From Saprospira grandis str. Lewin (GTDB lineage Bacteria > Bacteroidota > Bacteroidia > Chitinophagales > Saprospiraceae), in assembly GCF_000250635.1 (NCBI RefSeq), contig NC_016940.1, positions 1,288,995 to 1,352,994 on the forward strand: a stretch of DNA of 64,000 nucleotides, written 5' to 3'. The notes beneath the pieces are model-generated. The model was not told where the DNA came from. It did no database searches and saw only the letters and a list, made by a program, of their open reading frames with translations. The position numbers and the translations under genes were made by a program. This document shows positions 39,026 through 47,770 of this stretch, in pieces (positions within the stretch are counted from its first letter, which is position 1; each line of letters opens with the position of its first letter).

Positions 39026-39442
39026 CTAGAGTTCGGTACCTTCTGCGAGATAGAAGGGATAGACCATATTGTTACGAGCATTTACGCCCTTAATTTCATA
39101 GACCACATTGACATTCACTCGGCCACGGAGCTGCTCGCTTTCGTCTACATCTACAGAGATGAGGCGGATACGGGGTTCGTGATAAAGGATAGCCGTAGTA
39201 ATGAGATCTTGAATTCGGATTCGGGTAGCGTTATTGATACTTTGAAAAGCTTGGCTATGGATATCGCAACCATAGCTAGGGTTCATGATTCGTTCGCCGG
39301 GGAGAGTAGAGAGGAGAATATTAAGGGATTCCTTAATATCTTCTTCATCTTGAGACATAACAATTCCGCGGGTAGAGTCGCTAAAGCGGGGCGGGAAGCT
39401 CCAGCCTGAGCCTAAAAATGATTTTTGGATATCGTCTGACAT
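39026..39442 (-). CDS. GPW/gp25-family baseplate wedge protein
   Basis: FLGSGWSFPPRF...ESLNILLSTLPGERIMNPSYGCDIH...IRLISVDV matches the gp25/TssE lysozyme-like fold signature. Confidence 0.85.
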   Translation of the reverse strand: MSDDIQKSFLGSGWSFPPRFSDSTRGIVMSQDEEDIKESLNILLSTLPGERIMNPSYGCDIHSQAFQSINNATRIRIQDLITTAILYHEPRIRLISVDVDESEQLRGRVNVNVVYEIKGVNARNNMVYPFYLAEGTEL

Positions 39443-39512
39443 GCTTAAAAATTTCTTATCGTCTAAAAATTGGGATCAACTATTTGTCTTAAGTGCGGAC
39501 TTGGGTGGTCAT

Positions 39513-39634
39513 TGGCCTAGCGCTGCGGAAGGGTGGCCCGAAGGGCCAGACCGAAGCCCGCAGGGCTGAAGGGCCGAGCAGGCTTGCGAGCCCTGCAGCA
39601 TAGCGCCGCAGCTTTGCTGCGGAGGCCCCAAAAA
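39513..39634 (-). repeat. GC-rich interspersed repeat, copy 14 (inside CIS operon)
   Basis: The sequence ttggcctagcgctgcggaagggtggcccgaagggccagacc...gggccgagcaggcttgcgagccc...ggaggccccaaaaa ends at the base before the PAAR stop codon. Confidence 0.85.
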
Positions 39635-39925
39635 CTACCCAATCAATACAGTAGGAGCACCAGCAACTACAGCACCGCCATGGCCACAAGAGTCGCCAAT
39701 ACGGGCAGCGGGTTTCCCCTCAATCATGACCGTTCCAGAGCCAGAGGCAATCGAATCGCCTGCGCAGGCACAGACGGCAGAATCGCCGAGTCGGGCGGCT
39801 GGAATTCCGGTAACCATGACGGTACCGGCACCGCTAACAATGGGTCCACCTACATGAGGTGAAGGACCGGGGCAAACGGCGGGGCAAACGTGCATATCGC
39901 CAATTCGAGCAGAGGGCATTCCCAT
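39635..39925 (-). CDS. PAAR-repeat spike-tip protein
   Basis: Three PAAR motifs are present: SARIGD, AARLGD and AARIGD. The protein is Gly-rich and 96 aa long. Confidence 0.85.
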   Translation of the reverse strand: MGMPSARIGDMHVCPAVCPGPSPHVGGPIVSGAGTVMVTGIPAARLGDSAVCACAGDSIASGSGTVMIEGKPAARIGDSCGHGGAVVAGAPTVLIG

Positions 39926-39946
39926 AACCTATTGATTTTAATACTT

Positions 39947-41791
39947 TTAATTAATCTTCACTATAGCACCTTTCACTTCGCAGAGTCCGCCCCCTTCCAA
40001 TTTGGCCGAGGCAGAACCCTTGAGTTCCATAGTGGTAGAGCCTTCTCCTTTAACGGCTAGGGCCTTAATAGAGAAGTTGGCGACCGCCTCCATTTTGGTA
40101 TCGGACTTTGATTTAGTCTCGATGTTAATGTCGGCCTCCATTTTAATATTTTTCTTGGCTTTAACGACAAAGTCGCCATCGGTCTCGAAGAGAATCCCGT
40201 TCTTATCCATCAACATTTTGTTGACGTTTACGGGGTCTTCAATCAGGATCGTATCTTCATCATCATTGAGCTCGATAATCATCTTATCTTCTGTAATGAT
40301 CTTGACAATATTTTTGCCTGGATCATCCTGAAGTTCAATCCGGGTTTTCCCCTTATTGATAGAAATCGCCTTAAAGATGTTGGGATCTGCGGGAATATGC
40401 GTTTCCTCGGTCGTAATTCCTCTGCCGCTACTATACATAGAGCCCAGAATGACCGGATAAGTGGGGTCCGAGTTGAAAAAGCCAACCACCACCTCATCCC
40501 CTACTTCGGGATAGAAAACAAAACCGCAATCTTCGGTAGCATAATAATGCGCCATACGGGCCCAAACGCCCTCTCCAGCTTGGTCATCAATAATAGGGAT
40601 ATTGATGAGCACGCGAAATTCGCCATCGGGATCCGAGTCAATTTGCTTGACCACCCCATGCTGAAGCCCATGAATAGCGGGCAACATTCCGCCTGCGGGC
40701 CGAGAGCTAGCCGTAATATTGGCCTCCATATAAGGTTGGGGATCCATGCCCAAGCCTACCTCGGTCAACCATTGGCCTTTCATGACCGTATGGCGAATTC
40801 GGCTAACATAAGCATCGCCGACAAAGCGAGTTCCAAAGCCAAATAGCTCAATCGTTTTACCCAATTCCGCCTTAGCAGAACCATAAAATTTGAGGCTCCC
40901 TCGGATGCGAGAAAGATGTCCTCTTTGGTAAACCGAATCGGCCCAAGACTGAATCACATCCTTAGTCACTGGCGGAGTTGTTTTGACCGTATTTTTGGGT
41001 TCAATCACTGCGCCCAGCTTTCCGGGGTCCAAATCGCCCTGAGCATTTACTGTAGGTTTGGCCCCATCGGCCGTAACAATAGCCAAATCGGTATGGCTCC
41101 AACAAGTAGCGCCCACCTCTGTATATTGGTAAGTCGAATCGATATTCATATCCATCTCCACCAAATCATTTCCATAAGAAATGACCAGTTCAGACTTTTC
41201 GCTCACCGTAGGTTTCTTAATCGTAATTTCGCCATCATTGATAATGGTCACCAAGCTATTCACATCGGCCCGAGACTGAATAAAATCCCAGTCCGTACTC
41301 CAATACTGAATCAGTTTTTTGTGTGTGCCCGAAGTCCCTTCCACATCTGCAGAAAGTCCAGCTTCACTCACCACAGCCGAAATAATATCCGAGTCAGCCT
41401 GATCATAAAACACCTTGTTTTTACGGCCAACCGTTAGCTTGAGCGCCTCATCCTTACACTTGAGCACCAAAGAGGCACCACTATAATTAGACTGCTTAAT
41501 ACCGTGCTCCACCAAGATCCCCTTATAAAGAGTTTCCTCCTTACCTGGGCCATATCCCGCTTTCACCTCTACCTCCTTGCCCGGCTCAAACATGGCATCT
41601 TCAGAGGTAGGAAACTTTTGCTCCCGAGTATCTCCGTCCTTGAGTGTAATACGAGCATAAGGAATTTTATTCAGCTCCTTAACAATATCTACACTCTCCA
41701 CGACCATTGTTTTAGGCACCTCAGTTCCATCAATCAGTACAAGTACCGACAAATAGCCTTCGCCCATGCCTTTTACTGGAGAATCTGCCAT
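39947..41791 (-). CDS. VgrG-like spike protein (Phage_GPD/gp27-like + gp5 OB-fold + beta-helix)
   Basis: The N-terminal gpD-like region (YARITLKDGD...YKGILVEHGIKQ) is followed by the gp5-like segment RMAHYYATEDCGFVFYPEVGDEVVVGFFNSDPTYPVILGSMYS. The C-terminus has a repetitive beta-helix (VKAKKNIKMEADINIETKS...). Confidence 0.85.
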   Translation of the reverse strand: MADSPVKGMGEGYLSVLVLIDGTEVPKTMVVESVDIVKELNKIPYARITLKDGDTREQKFPTSEDAMFEPGKEVEVKAGYGPGKEETLYKGILVEHGIKQSNYSGASLVLKCKDEALKLTVGRKNKVFYDQADSDIISAVVSEAGLSADVEGTSGTHKKLIQYWSTDWDFIQSRADVNSLVTIINDGEITIKKPTVSEKSELVISYGNDLVEMDMNIDSTYQYTEVGATCWSHTDLAIVTADGAKPTVNAQGDLDPGKLGAVIEPKNTVKTTPPVTKDVIQSWADSVYQRGHLSRIRGSLKFYGSAKAELGKTIELFGFGTRFVGDAYVSRIRHTVMKGQWLTEVGLGMDPQPYMEANITASSRPAGGMLPAIHGLQHGVVKQIDSDPDGEFRVLINIPIIDDQAGEGVWARMAHYYATEDCGFVFYPEVGDEVVVGFFNSDPTYPVILGSMYSSGRGITTEETHIPADPNIFKAISINKGKTRIELQDDPGKNIVKIITEDKMIIELNDDEDTILIEDPVNVNKMLMDKNGILFETDGDFVVKAKKNIKMEADINIETKSKSDTKMEAVANFSIKALAVKGEGSTTMELKGSASAKLEGGGLCEVKGAIVKIN

Positions 41792-41827
41792 TTTTCTTTA
41801 TTTATCTTCTAGTTAATTGAGTCAATT

Positions 41828-42016
41828 CTATCGATTCATTTTGTACTCCCAAGCTTCCATTGCTCGGCGCACCGCTTCCTGAATCAAGATTTCTTTATCT
41901 TTTTCGGTCATGCCTTTCCCCTGTTCCTTTCCACTTCCTTTTCCCTGACCTTTGCCCCCACCATTTTCTGCATTCACATTGGTGTTGACATTCATTTCTT
42001 TTACTGTTACTGCCAT
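41828..42016 (-). CDS. hypothetical small Gly/Lys-rich protein (62 aa) inside CIS operon
   Basis: The ORF sits between the tube-like and spike genes. It carries a GGGKGQGKGSGKEQGKG low-complexity stretch and a helical C-terminus. Confidence 0.4.
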   Translation of the reverse strand: MAVTVKEMNVNTNVNAENGGGKGQGKGSGKEQGKGMTEKDKEILIQEAVRRAMEAWEYKMNR

Positions 42017-42052
42017 AAGCTCTATATTTTTTTGCTGTTTTTAAGCAGGTTT

Positions 42053-42180
42053 TTTTGGGGCCTGCGGGCTTCGCCCGCCGCTATGTTGCAGGGCTCGCAA
42101 GCCTGCTCGGCCCTTCGCAAAAGCTTCGCTTTTGCTCGGTCTGGCCCTGCGGGCCACCCTTCCACAGCGCTAGGCCAAAA
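42053..42180 (+). repeat. GC-rich interspersed repeat, copy 15 (inside CIS operon)
   Basis: The sequence tttttttggggcctgcgggcttcgcccgccgc...gggctcgcaagcctgctcggccc...ggtctggccctgcgggccacc matches the family. Confidence 0.8.
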
Positions 42181-42190
42181 ACGGCTTCGC

Positions 42191-42880
42191 TTAATGGGCC
42201 ACCACCTTAGAGAAAGCGTAAGAAAGTTCAATTTCTTGGACCAGCAAATCCTCTGAAGTAGAATTGAGCGAGCTCAAGCTCATTTTAGAGGGATAGGCAA
42301 AATTAAACTCCATAGAAATCAAAATTTGCGGCTTTCCAGATTGCGTCAAGTTCGGGTGCATTACATTTACCTGTACCCCCTTGAGCTTAATCTGCTCATT
42401 CCAAGAAGCCATGGCCTCAAAACTTTCTTCACACCATTTGGTCCAAGGATCCGAGCTTTTAATGACATCTGGGCGCACCAAGCGCTTTAGCGTAATGGCC
42501 GAGTTTTTCATTTTATCGGGTAAGTCAATTGGATAATTATATCCCCCCTCATTATACGTCTTCTTTCCCTCCAAACCAATCTCCAAACCACTCACCTCAA
42601 TAAAGGAGTTATGAATATTGGTATCGCCAGGAGTAGGCAAGCCATTGGCTCCGCCACCGTCTATCTTATTGATTGCCTTTTTCATCATTCCTCCAATCAT
42701 TCCTCCTACAAAGGTATCTACAGCCCCTTTAGCAACTCCCGCCAAAAAGCTATTCCCTTCATGCTTCTGATCATACATCTGCACATCAAAATAAAAGGCC
42801 GGAATGGGCGAGGTCGTTTTTTCGTCCTCTTTCATGACTTCATCTAAGAAGCGCTCAAATGGGCTAATGGTATTATTCAT
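42191..42880 (-). CDS. tube-family protein with insertion (Afp5/tube-initiator-like)
   Basis: PAFYFDVQM...SFIEVSGLEIGLEGKKTYNEGGY...NSAITLKRLV matches the gp19/Hcp-like tube motifs FxVxIDG / EVSGLE / NITLKRG. A ~45-aa Gly-rich insert is present. Confidence 0.7.
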   Translation of the reverse strand: MNNTISPFERFLDEVMKEDEKTTSPIPAFYFDVQMYDQKHEGNSFLAGVAKGAVDTFVGGMIGGMMKKAINKIDGGGANGLPTPGDTNIHNSFIEVSGLEIGLEGKKTYNEGGYNYPIDLPDKMKNSAITLKRLVRPDVIKSSDPWTKWCEESFEAMASWNEQIKLKGVQVNVMHPNLTQSGKPQILISMEFNFAYPSKMSLSSLNSTSEDLLVQEIELSYAFSKVVAH

Positions 42881-42941
42881 ATCTTATTGGGATTATCTAC
42901 AGCGATTGGTCTAAAAGTTAATGTGCTAAGCGGTCTTTATC

Positions 42942-43400
42942 CTAACCGCCCACCTCCGTTTCAAAATGACGGAAGGCAAACTCCATTTCTTCTACTGCCA
43001 CCTCATTTTCAGATTCGGCATCAAAGTTAGAGGGAATATATTTTGTGATAAAGGCCTTTTCGAGTCGCCAGATAAACTGCGTCTCCATATTGTGGTCCAA
43101 AAGGTGGATTTCAATAGTTCGGCGAGAGGTATACTCTCGACTCACTGCCACCTGGTCAAACAAACGGCTCATTTGATCATCTTGAGAAAACGATCCTTTT
43201 TTAAGGGTAATGCGGCTATACTGCAACATACCAGGCATACGCTCCTTTCCAAAAAAGGGAGAATTACCATCTCGGTACTCAATCACCCCAATTTCTGCCT
43301 CCAAACCATCTACAGTTTGAAAAGACATTTCAATTGGACCAATAAACACCCGAAAGCTAAAGCGCGTTAGGGGCCAAGTCATTGTGGAATCTGAACTCAT
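42942..43400 (-). CDS. contractile tail tube protein (T4 gp19-like)
   Basis: WPLTRFSFRVFIGPIEMSFQTVDGLEAEIGVIEYRDGNSPFFGKERMPGMLQYSRITLKKG carries the tube signature. Confidence 0.85.
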   Translation of the reverse strand: MSSDSTMTWPLTRFSFRVFIGPIEMSFQTVDGLEAEIGVIEYRDGNSPFFGKERMPGMLQYSRITLKKGSFSQDDQMSRLFDQVAVSREYTSRRTIEIHLLDHNMETQFIWRLEKAFITKYIPSNFDAESENEVAVEEMEFAFRHFETEVGG

Positions 43401-43648
43401 AACATCTATTTTTAAGAAAGCGGCTGCCCAAGTTAACTAGCTAAATACTAGGGCCAAGGCAAAGTTTTTTTGGGCCTATGCCCTGAAAATAGCGCTTAGC
43501 GATACTGCCTTTCATTATCAAGCAGTTAAGACCTGCTATAAGTTAAGCGCTTTAGGCTACTAAATTAAAGAAAAAATCTTAATAGCACAAAAAAAACCTA
43601 GCAGGTTTTTACCTGCCAGGTTTATTTTATTGCTAAGCTAAATTAAGC

Positions 43649-44104
43649 TTATGCAGTTTCCATAGTCCACTCTTCGCAGCAGAACTCAAGTTCTTCGATA
43701 GCGACTTCAGAGTCAGCTTCTGCGTCAAAAGGAGTAGGAGTAAACTTAGTAACGAAAGCGTTGAGTAGCGTCCAAGTGAAAACGATCTCATCAGCTTCAT
43801 TCATCAAGTGAATGATTACAGTGCGGCGCTCAGTGTGCTGGTGGTCAACTGAAAGCTCTTTGTACCACTGATAGAGGTAGTCATCGCTCTGGAAAGTACC
43901 CTTCTTCAAGGTGATGTTGCTATAAGACATCAAACCGGGACGCTTAGTCTTGTAGAAGTTGGTAGAGTTACCTGCGCGGTACTCCATTACAGAAATCTCA
44001 GTCTCAAGACCTTCGATTGTCTGGAAGCCCAAAGTGTTGGGGATATTGTCAATCTCGATAGAGAAATAAAACTTAGGCAGTGGCCATTCTGTTGTTGCAG
44101 ACAT
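43649..44104 (-). CDS. contractile tail tube protein (T4 gp19-like), paralog
   Basis: WPLPKFYFSIEIDNIPNTLGFQTIEGLETEISVMEYRAGNSTNFYKTKRPGLMSYSNITLKKG. It is highly expressed-looking: biased codon usage and short. Confidence 0.9.
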   Translation of the reverse strand: MSATTEWPLPKFYFSIEIDNIPNTLGFQTIEGLETEISVMEYRAGNSTNFYKTKRPGLMSYSNITLKKGTFQSDDYLYQWYKELSVDHQHTERRTVIIHLMNEADEIVFTWTLLNAFVTKFTPTPFDAEADSEVAIEELEFCCEEWTMETA

Positions 44105-44216
44105 GATATATGGCGTTTAAAAGTATGATCTAAATTTAAAATGTTGATGCTCTCTCGTTTGAGCCCAAGAGAAAGGCTAAATGCTTTAGATGTCATCTCT
44201 AAGTTAAGCGCAAAGC

Positions 44217-45710
44217 TTACTCAGCAGCACCGGGCATTTTTTGCTGGAAGGTGATAACGATGAATTCAGCAGGACGAGAGATAGCTACTTTCACAGAAAC
44301 TTTCATGTAACCATCTAGGATATCCTGAGGAGTCATAGTTGTACCCAAACCAACCTCAACTTGGAAAGCCTGATCTTCAGTAGCACCTACCAAAGCACCT
44401 GCTTGCCACTGGCTACGCAAGAAAGAACCAATCATTGATTTAACTGCGATCCAAGTGTTAGCGTCATTGGGACGGAATACGAAGGGCTCACAAGCGAACT
44501 TCACAGACTGCTCCAACATGATCATAGTACGACGTACGTTAATGTAGCGCCAGTCTTGGCTGTTACCGTCTAGCGTACGAGCACCCCATACCAAAGTACC
44601 TTTTCCAACGAAAGGACGGATAGCGTTGATTGCTTTACCGCTCAAAGGCAAGTTCAAGTCTTCTTGCTCAGTAGCAGAAATGTTCACAGTAGGTCCAGTT
44701 ACAGAAGAAACTGATACGTTAGCAGGAGCTTTGAATACACCTACAGTACTATCTACCAAAGAGTATAGACCAGCTACAGCGCCAGAAGGAGGCAATACGT
44801 TCAACATGTCACGCATTTGACCCAATACATCATTGTATACAGGGCTTACAGCCTTCATGATGTTGTGTACAGCAGTTACGTTAGCATCAGCGTCAGCCAT
44901 CTTAGCGATTTCAGCTTTGATCAACTCACCTTTTTCAGCTTTAACGAAACCAGCAGCTACGTTGTCATCTACTTCTTTGTTAAGCAATTCAACGAAACCT
45001 TCTAGGTTAGCAACGTTAGTGTAGTCAAACTCATCAGCTTGAACAACAGTAGCTTTCAACCAAGGGTAGTAAGCTGCACCGAAGTCTAGGAAGTTGTTGC
45101 CATAAGCCTCACGAGCGCGAGTTACAACATCATCATCTAGCATGCTGCGAGATTCGTTACCGTTCCATACGTCAAGGATAGCGAAGCGGCTGCGAGTGTC
45201 AGCACCACAATGCTTCAACATTGCTTGTTGTACTGTAGCACAGTCACCTTCTTCCAAAGAGATAGCATCGGGAACTACAACCAAAGTAGGCTCTTGCTCC
45301 TTCAACAAAGCAGTGATACCACCACCGTTCTCAGCACCCACTAGGGTCTTGGGAGAAACGTCGTCGTTGTATCCACCAACAGAAACGATGTAGCAAGTTC
45401 CACCGCCGTTAGCGTAGAACATTTGAAGGCTACGGAACAACATGTAGTTACCGCCATCAACAGAAACGGTGTAGTTGTCGCCTTCAGCATCAACGTTGAA
45501 AGTAGTTTTGGGAGCACCACCGAAGTAAGATAGGTACTCAACCAAAGAAGTAATGCGCATTGGCGTGTTGGTCAAGTCGCGCTTACCAGCAGCGGCTTTC
45601 TCAGTGTGGCCAATGAAAGCAGGGATAGCAGTTCCTACTGCTACAACAGAATTCGAAAAGGCGCTTTTTTCTTCGATATAAACGCCTGGTGTTGCATACT
45701 GTTTTGCCAT
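44217..45710 (-). CDS. contractile tail sheath protein
   Basis: Sheath motifs are PGVYIEE at the N-terminus, FKAPANVSV, INAIRPFVGKGTLVWGARTL and WRYINVRR. Confidence 0.92.
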   Translation of the reverse strand: MAKQYATPGVYIEEKSAFSNSVVAVGTAIPAFIGHTEKAAAGKRDLTNTPMRITSLVEYLSYFGGAPKTTFNVDAEGDNYTVSVDGGNYMLFRSLQMFYANGGGTCYIVSVGGYNDDVSPKTLVGAENGGGITALLKEQEPTLVVVPDAISLEEGDCATVQQAMLKHCGADTRSRFAILDVWNGNESRSMLDDDVVTRAREAYGNNFLDFGAAYYPWLKATVVQADEFDYTNVANLEGFVELLNKEVDDNVAAGFVKAEKGELIKAEIAKMADADANVTAVHNIMKAVSPVYNDVLGQMRDMLNVLPPSGAVAGLYSLVDSTVGVFKAPANVSVSSVTGPTVNISATEQEDLNLPLSGKAINAIRPFVGKGTLVWGARTLDGNSQDWRYINVRRTMIMLEQSVKFACEPFVFRPNDANTWIAVKSMIGSFLRSQWQAGALVGATEDQAFQVEVGLGTTMTPQDILDGYMKVSVKVAISRPAEFIVITFQQKMPGAAE

Positions 45711-45767
45711 GATTTAATTTATTTTGAAAAGTTTAATTGATTTACAAATTTATTTTTTGTCATCTGA

Positions 45768-46895
45768 TTACAAATATACAATTATTTCGGAAAATACACC
45801 ATCCTCAACGTTAAAATCTGTTTTTAATATTGATTTTGCTGAATGATTAGGTAAATCTGTAATCCATTCGATTCCATTTTTGCCTCTTTTGGTCCGTAAC
45901 TTAAAGCGACTCAGCTGTTTTTCCTTAAAAGGAACAGGCTCTGAAGTTTTGACCAAAACGGCCAATTCGCCAGAAGGCATAAGTACCTCCTCGGCCTCTT
46001 CAAAGTCTACTGTCTCGCCAGCTCGACCATTATCGTAGGCCTCATGTCCTTTGTGCTGCTTATCCTCAGTCATTTCTACTATATAGTAATGCCAAGGTAA
46101 AGCCCTAGCTGGAAAATGGATATTATACTCTCTTTTGGTCAACAACTTTCCCTGCTCATCAAAAAAGCGGTAAGGGCTGTCATCCTCCTTATCTATATAA
46201 ATATCCACCACTCCCCAAATTCCGGCAGTTCCCTCAGGAGCCAAATAAAAAGTATATTCTTCCAAACCATCTAGCTGCAAAATATACTTACCGGCAGGGG
46301 CATCAGGGATCACTACATCCACATGAGCATTTTCGCCCTCCTGTTCCAAAAAGAAATAAGACTGGCCCAACTCATCTACCACCTCGATTTCCGCATCCTC
46401 CTCTTCATCATCAAATTCGTAGCGGAAAACAGGGCCTTCAAGCGGTAAGCGATCCATTTCAGAAACCAACTCATCATTAGACAAATTGCCCTCCTCATCT
46501 TCAATCTTATCTTCGGCCCGATTTGTAAAGTGATAAATATAGTCACCAAACTCATAAGGGAGGCCCGTATAGTTAAGGAAGAAAGCATCTTCTACCTTCA
46601 TCCAAAAACTCAACTTCAAAGGTTTTTCCAAACTTTCTAAAGCGGGCCCTCCAGAAACTGTCTCGCCATAACCAATCAGCAAATTATTGCCCTCAAAGGC
46701 CGTTTTAAGCTGTGTTTGCTTTAGGCGAAAAACCGTATCGGAAGTAGGACTAAGAACTACATCTTTACAGATCTGCTCATCAAAGTAATCGTGCAGTATC
46801 GCTATGTTTAATAGCTGATTGTAGCGAGTTTGAATGTTCAGCAGCATATGATGCTCCATCGGATTCCGTCGCCTGCTAAATTTACGTCTCTTCAT
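45768..46895 (-). CDS. hypothetical acidic protein between terminator and sheath genes (uncharacterised CIS component or cargo)
   Basis: A 375-aa ORF with an acidic stretch (EFDDEEEDAEIEVVDE) and no recognisable motif. The start may be the internal MLLNIQ. Confidence 0.5.
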   Translation of the reverse strand: MKRRKFSRRRNPMEHHMLLNIQTRYNQLLNIAILHDYFDEQICKDVVLSPTSDTVFRLKQTQLKTAFEGNNLLIGYGETVSGGPALESLEKPLKLSFWMKVEDAFFLNYTGLPYEFGDYIYHFTNRAEDKIEDEEGNLSNDELVSEMDRLPLEGPVFRYEFDDEEEDAEIEVVDELGQSYFFLEQEGENAHVDVVIPDAPAGKYILQLDGLEEYTFYLAPEGTAGIWGVVDIYIDKEDDSPYRFFDEQGKLLTKREYNIHFPARALPWHYYIVEMTEDKQHKGHEAYDNGRAGETVDFEEAEEVLMPSGELAVLVKTSEPVPFKEKQLSRFKLRTKRGKNGIEWITDLPNHSAKSILKTDFNVEDGVFSEIIVYL

Positions 46896-47083
46896 TAAGC
46901 TCTTCTGCTTTAAGTCCCTTAAAATTAGAGAATTTAATTTTGGTCTGCAAAGTTTATTCGCAGTTTTTTTTCATTTTTTTTAATAAAAGCTAAAATTTAC
47001 GTTGACTTAACATTTTTCGTAGATTTAGCTAATATTACTTTGCCATTAGTTAAGCGACAAAGCCCAACTACAGCCGCCCTCAT

Positions 47084-47199
47084 TTGGCCTAGCGATGTGC
47101 AGGGGTGGCCAAAGGCCAGACCGAAGCGCGCAGCGCTGAAGGGCCGAGCGAACAGCGAGCCCCGAAACGTAGCGCCTGCCGAAGGCAGGAGGCCCCAAA
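47084..47199 (-). repeat. GC-rich interspersed repeat, copy 16 (inside CIS operon)
   Basis: The sequence ttggcctagcgatgtgcaggggtggccaaaggccagacc...gggccgagcgaacagcgagcccc...ggaggccccaaacc ends 5 nt from the stop of the terminator-protein gene. Confidence 0.85.
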
Positions 47200-47204
47200 C
47201 CTTC

Positions 47205-47765
47205 CTAAATCTTGCGAATAGAAGGAATTTCTGGCTCGGGCTTTTTATGCTCAATCGGAATTGTTTTGAAGCGGTAGAGCACCGAAGGCAAATACTTGGC
47301 CCCTACCCCATTCCAAACATTAGAAATATCACGAAAATCTGGCGATACCATTTCGGCAACCAAACGCGTGAGAGTGCCCGAAAGTGCCGGCGTATTTTGC
47401 TCATTAAAAACGCCTTGGCGGCTTTGGAAAAAAGCAATGACTGAGCTGACAAACTTAAGGCCCTCCAGATAATTTTCATTGGTAAAATAGGCCGAAAACA
47501 ACATATATATATTGACTTCAACCGGGGGCGTCACCTTGGTAAAATTCCCTCGCTTATTCGGTTGATAAGTCGCCGTGCTGCTCTTATTGCGCTCGGCCTC
47601 AATGTTAATGATCGTCATCACGATCTTATCGGCCTCTTGCACCGCCATCGAGCCATCGGCATTAACCAAATGCGAAATGATGACCTTATCCTCTAATATA
47701 TTGTGTTTAGACTGCAAAAAGCGGTTGAGCTCGCCCACCACCGCCGTGACAACTTTATCAATCAT
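47205..47765 (-). CDS. Pvc16_N/DUF4255 tail terminator protein (Afp16-like)
   Basis: The N-terminus MIDKVVTAVVGELNRFLQSK...DKIVMTIINIEAERN has the pattern typical of DUF4255 proteins of extracellular contractile injection systems. Confidence 0.75.
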   Translation of the reverse strand: MIDKVVTAVVGELNRFLQSKHNILEDKVIISHLVNADGSMAVQEADKIVMTIINIEAERNKSSTATYQPNKRGNFTKVTPPVEVNIYMLFSAYFTNENYLEGLKFVSSVIAFFQSRQGVFNEQNTPALSGTLTRLVAEMVSPDFRDISNVWNGVGAKYLPSVLYRFKTIPIEHKKPEPEIPSIRKI

Positions 47766-47770
47766 AATCC

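Noticed and set aside
39635-39925. Whether the Gly-rich PAAR ORF is another GC-repeat artefact
   Set aside because: I keep it as real. It has three canonical (S/A)AR(I/L)GD motifs and sits between gp25 and the spike gene. The repeat copy starts only after its stop codon.
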